17,584 bases of DNA from an uncultured archaeon (GTDB lineage: Archaea > Asgardarchaeota > Lokiarchaeia > Sigyniarchaeales > SOKP01), in contig CAYUTF010000071.1 of NCBI GenBank assembly GCA_964447495.1, positions 1-17,584 of the forward strand, given 5' to 3'. The translations under genes were made by a program, and so were the position numbers. Of this stretch, positions 16,304 through 17,584 are shown piece by piece; position 1 is the first letter of the stretch; every line of letters starts with the position of its first letter. The notes under the pieces are model-generated. The model searched no databases. It was not told where the DNA came from and saw only the letters and a program-made list of their open reading frames with translations.

Positions 16304-16313
16304 TAAATATAAA

Positions 16314-16745
16314 TTACATAAAAACTATTGTACCTTCTCCAGAAGTAACGATTTCACCATTCTGATTCTTCACTACAGTATCACATATTATGAATTTTAA
16401 TTTTCCATCTTTTTTAGTTAATTTTTCCTTCACAGTAGCAATAGCAGTTAGTTCATCTCCAAAATAAACGGGTTTAATAAATTTAACCGTCTGTCCGCCA
16501 TATAATATTCCAGGACCGAAAAGTTTTGTTCCTAAAACCGCTGAAATCAAACCAGAACTTAAAGCTCCATGAGCCACCTGTTTCCCAAACATCTGAGTCT
16601 TAGCATATTCGGGATTAACATGGATTGGATTGAAATCTCCAGTCACTTCCGCAAATTTCATTACATCTTCTTCGGTTATTGTCTTTGTGAATGTGGCAGA
16701 ATCTCCTACCTTATAATCTTCATATTTAACGGGTTCTAAAGACAT
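16314..16745 (-). CDS. MaoC-family (R)-specific enoyl-CoA hydratase/dehydratase (PhaJ-like hotdog fold)
   Basis: Hydratase-2 motif FAEVTGDFNPIHVNPEYA (catalytic D/H), AHGALSSGLISAVLG, GPG..Y..Q..KF.KPVYFGD. Confidence 0.94.
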   Translation of the reverse strand: MSLEPVKYEDYKVGDSATFTKTITEEDVMKFAEVTGDFNPIHVNPEYAKTQMFGKQVAHGALSSGLISAVLGTKLFGPGILYGGQTVKFIKPVYFGDELTAIATVKEKLTKKDGKLKFIICDTVVKNQNGEIVTSGEGTIVFM

Positions 16746-16859
16746 AAATTCTATTAATGCACATATAGATAAAAATATTCACTAATGTAATGACAAACCA
16801 TAACCTTCTTGAGATATAAAATATTTACAAATCCTACTTGAGATGGTTGATGATTACTT

Positions 16860-17584
16860 TTGAATGATTTAAATAATTCAAAAAATGCGAATAACATTAA
16901 AACCAAGAATTTAATAGCATTGAGTGTGACAAAGATAATTCATGGTTTTGGAACAGCTATGTTTGCTGTTATATATCAACCTTTTATATTGAGTATTACA
17001 CATTCTCTCTTTATTACTGGAATAATAGTCTCCTTAGGTAGCATAATGCAATTTCTTCCTATGCCATTAATAGGGAGGCTCTCTGACAAAATAGGGCATA
17101 AAAATTCACTTATTGCGAGTATTCCTATTTATATTTTAGGCTTATTCTCATTAGTTTTTGCTGAATCAAATACCTATTTTTATCTTATTTTTGGAATAAT
17201 TATGTACTTTTTAGGATTTACATTTAATAATATGAACGCACAGTTTTTAGTGGCAGAAAATAGTGGGAAATCAAAAGGGTTGATGTATGGCATAATTTTT
17301 GCCAGTTATTTTATAGGAACTATCATGGGGAATTCCTTTATCATTCTTGGAATGGGGTTTAATTCTCAGTTCATATTTATGCTATTTATAACCATGTTAA
17401 TAATCGAGGGGATAATTCAATATTTTTTTATTTCAAATAATATCTCAGCAAAAAAAGTCATGACTGAGGAAAAAATTGAATCTAAATCTGATGATGATAA
17501 AATGTGGTTAAAGTTTATAAAAAATCGAAGAATGAGAGCCATACTAATATTCTTTACTTTAGATATTTTTATCTATGGTATCTC
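16860..17584 (+). CDS. MFS transporter, 3'-truncated by the window end (absent from the ORF track)
   Basis: Open frame from TTG at 16860 (in-frame TGA at 16851) to the window end. It translates ...LSVTKIIHGFGTAMFAVIYQPFIL...PLIGRLSDKIGHK (MFS motif A)...VAENSGKSKGLMYG..., with about six TM helices and then the central loop. Confidence 0.88.
   Translation, partial: MNDLNNSKNANNIKTKNLIALSVTKIIHGFGTAMFAVIYQPFILSITHSLFITGIIVSLGSIMQFLPMPLIGRLSDKIGHKNSLIASIPIYILGLFSLVFAESNTYFYLIFGIIMYFLGFTFNNMNAQFLVAENSGKSKGLMYGIIFASYFIGTIMGNSFIILGMGFNSQFIFMLFITMLIIEGIIQYFFISNNISAKKVMTEEKIESKSDDDKMWLKFIKNRRMRAILIFFTLDIFIYGI

Overview
AT-rich, gene-dense chromosomal window with 15 complete ORFs and one 3'-truncated ORF. 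It is most likely from an Asgard archaeon (Lokiarchaeia-like). This is inferred from longin-like domains, an Arf-like small GTPase, GGTGA/GAGGCGAT-type ribosome-binding sites and U-rich terminators. Most genes are metabolic or housekeeping: crotonase-family enzyme, ICMT/PEMT-type membrane methyltransferase, membrane-anchored wHTH regulator, split two-subunit class I CoA-transferase-like enzyme, nitroreductase, DUF169, polyferredoxin-like Fe-S protein, CobO/BtuR, ValS, MaoC dehydratase and an MFS transporter. The standout is the 1123-aa protein at 7441-10812 with the architecture longin-like / Arf-like GTPase / longin-like / PAS / PAS / GAF / degenerate histidine-kinase core. The phosphoacceptor His and the N, G1 and G2 boxes are lost, while GTPase motifs G1-G5 are largely intact. 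Both longin-like domains keep an Arg where eukaryotic longin GAPs (NPRL2, FLCN, SMCR8) have their arginine finger. This suggests a two-component sensor chassis rewired to a eukaryote-like GTPase switch. Secondary points are a CoA-transferase pair apparently lacking the catalytic Glu (IpdAB-like), a bacterial-type ValRS, a stand-alone longin-like protein and two perfect intergenic palindromes. No rRNA, tRNA, CRISPR array or mobile element was seen. All alignments to reference proteins are by eye and from memory; no searches were run.
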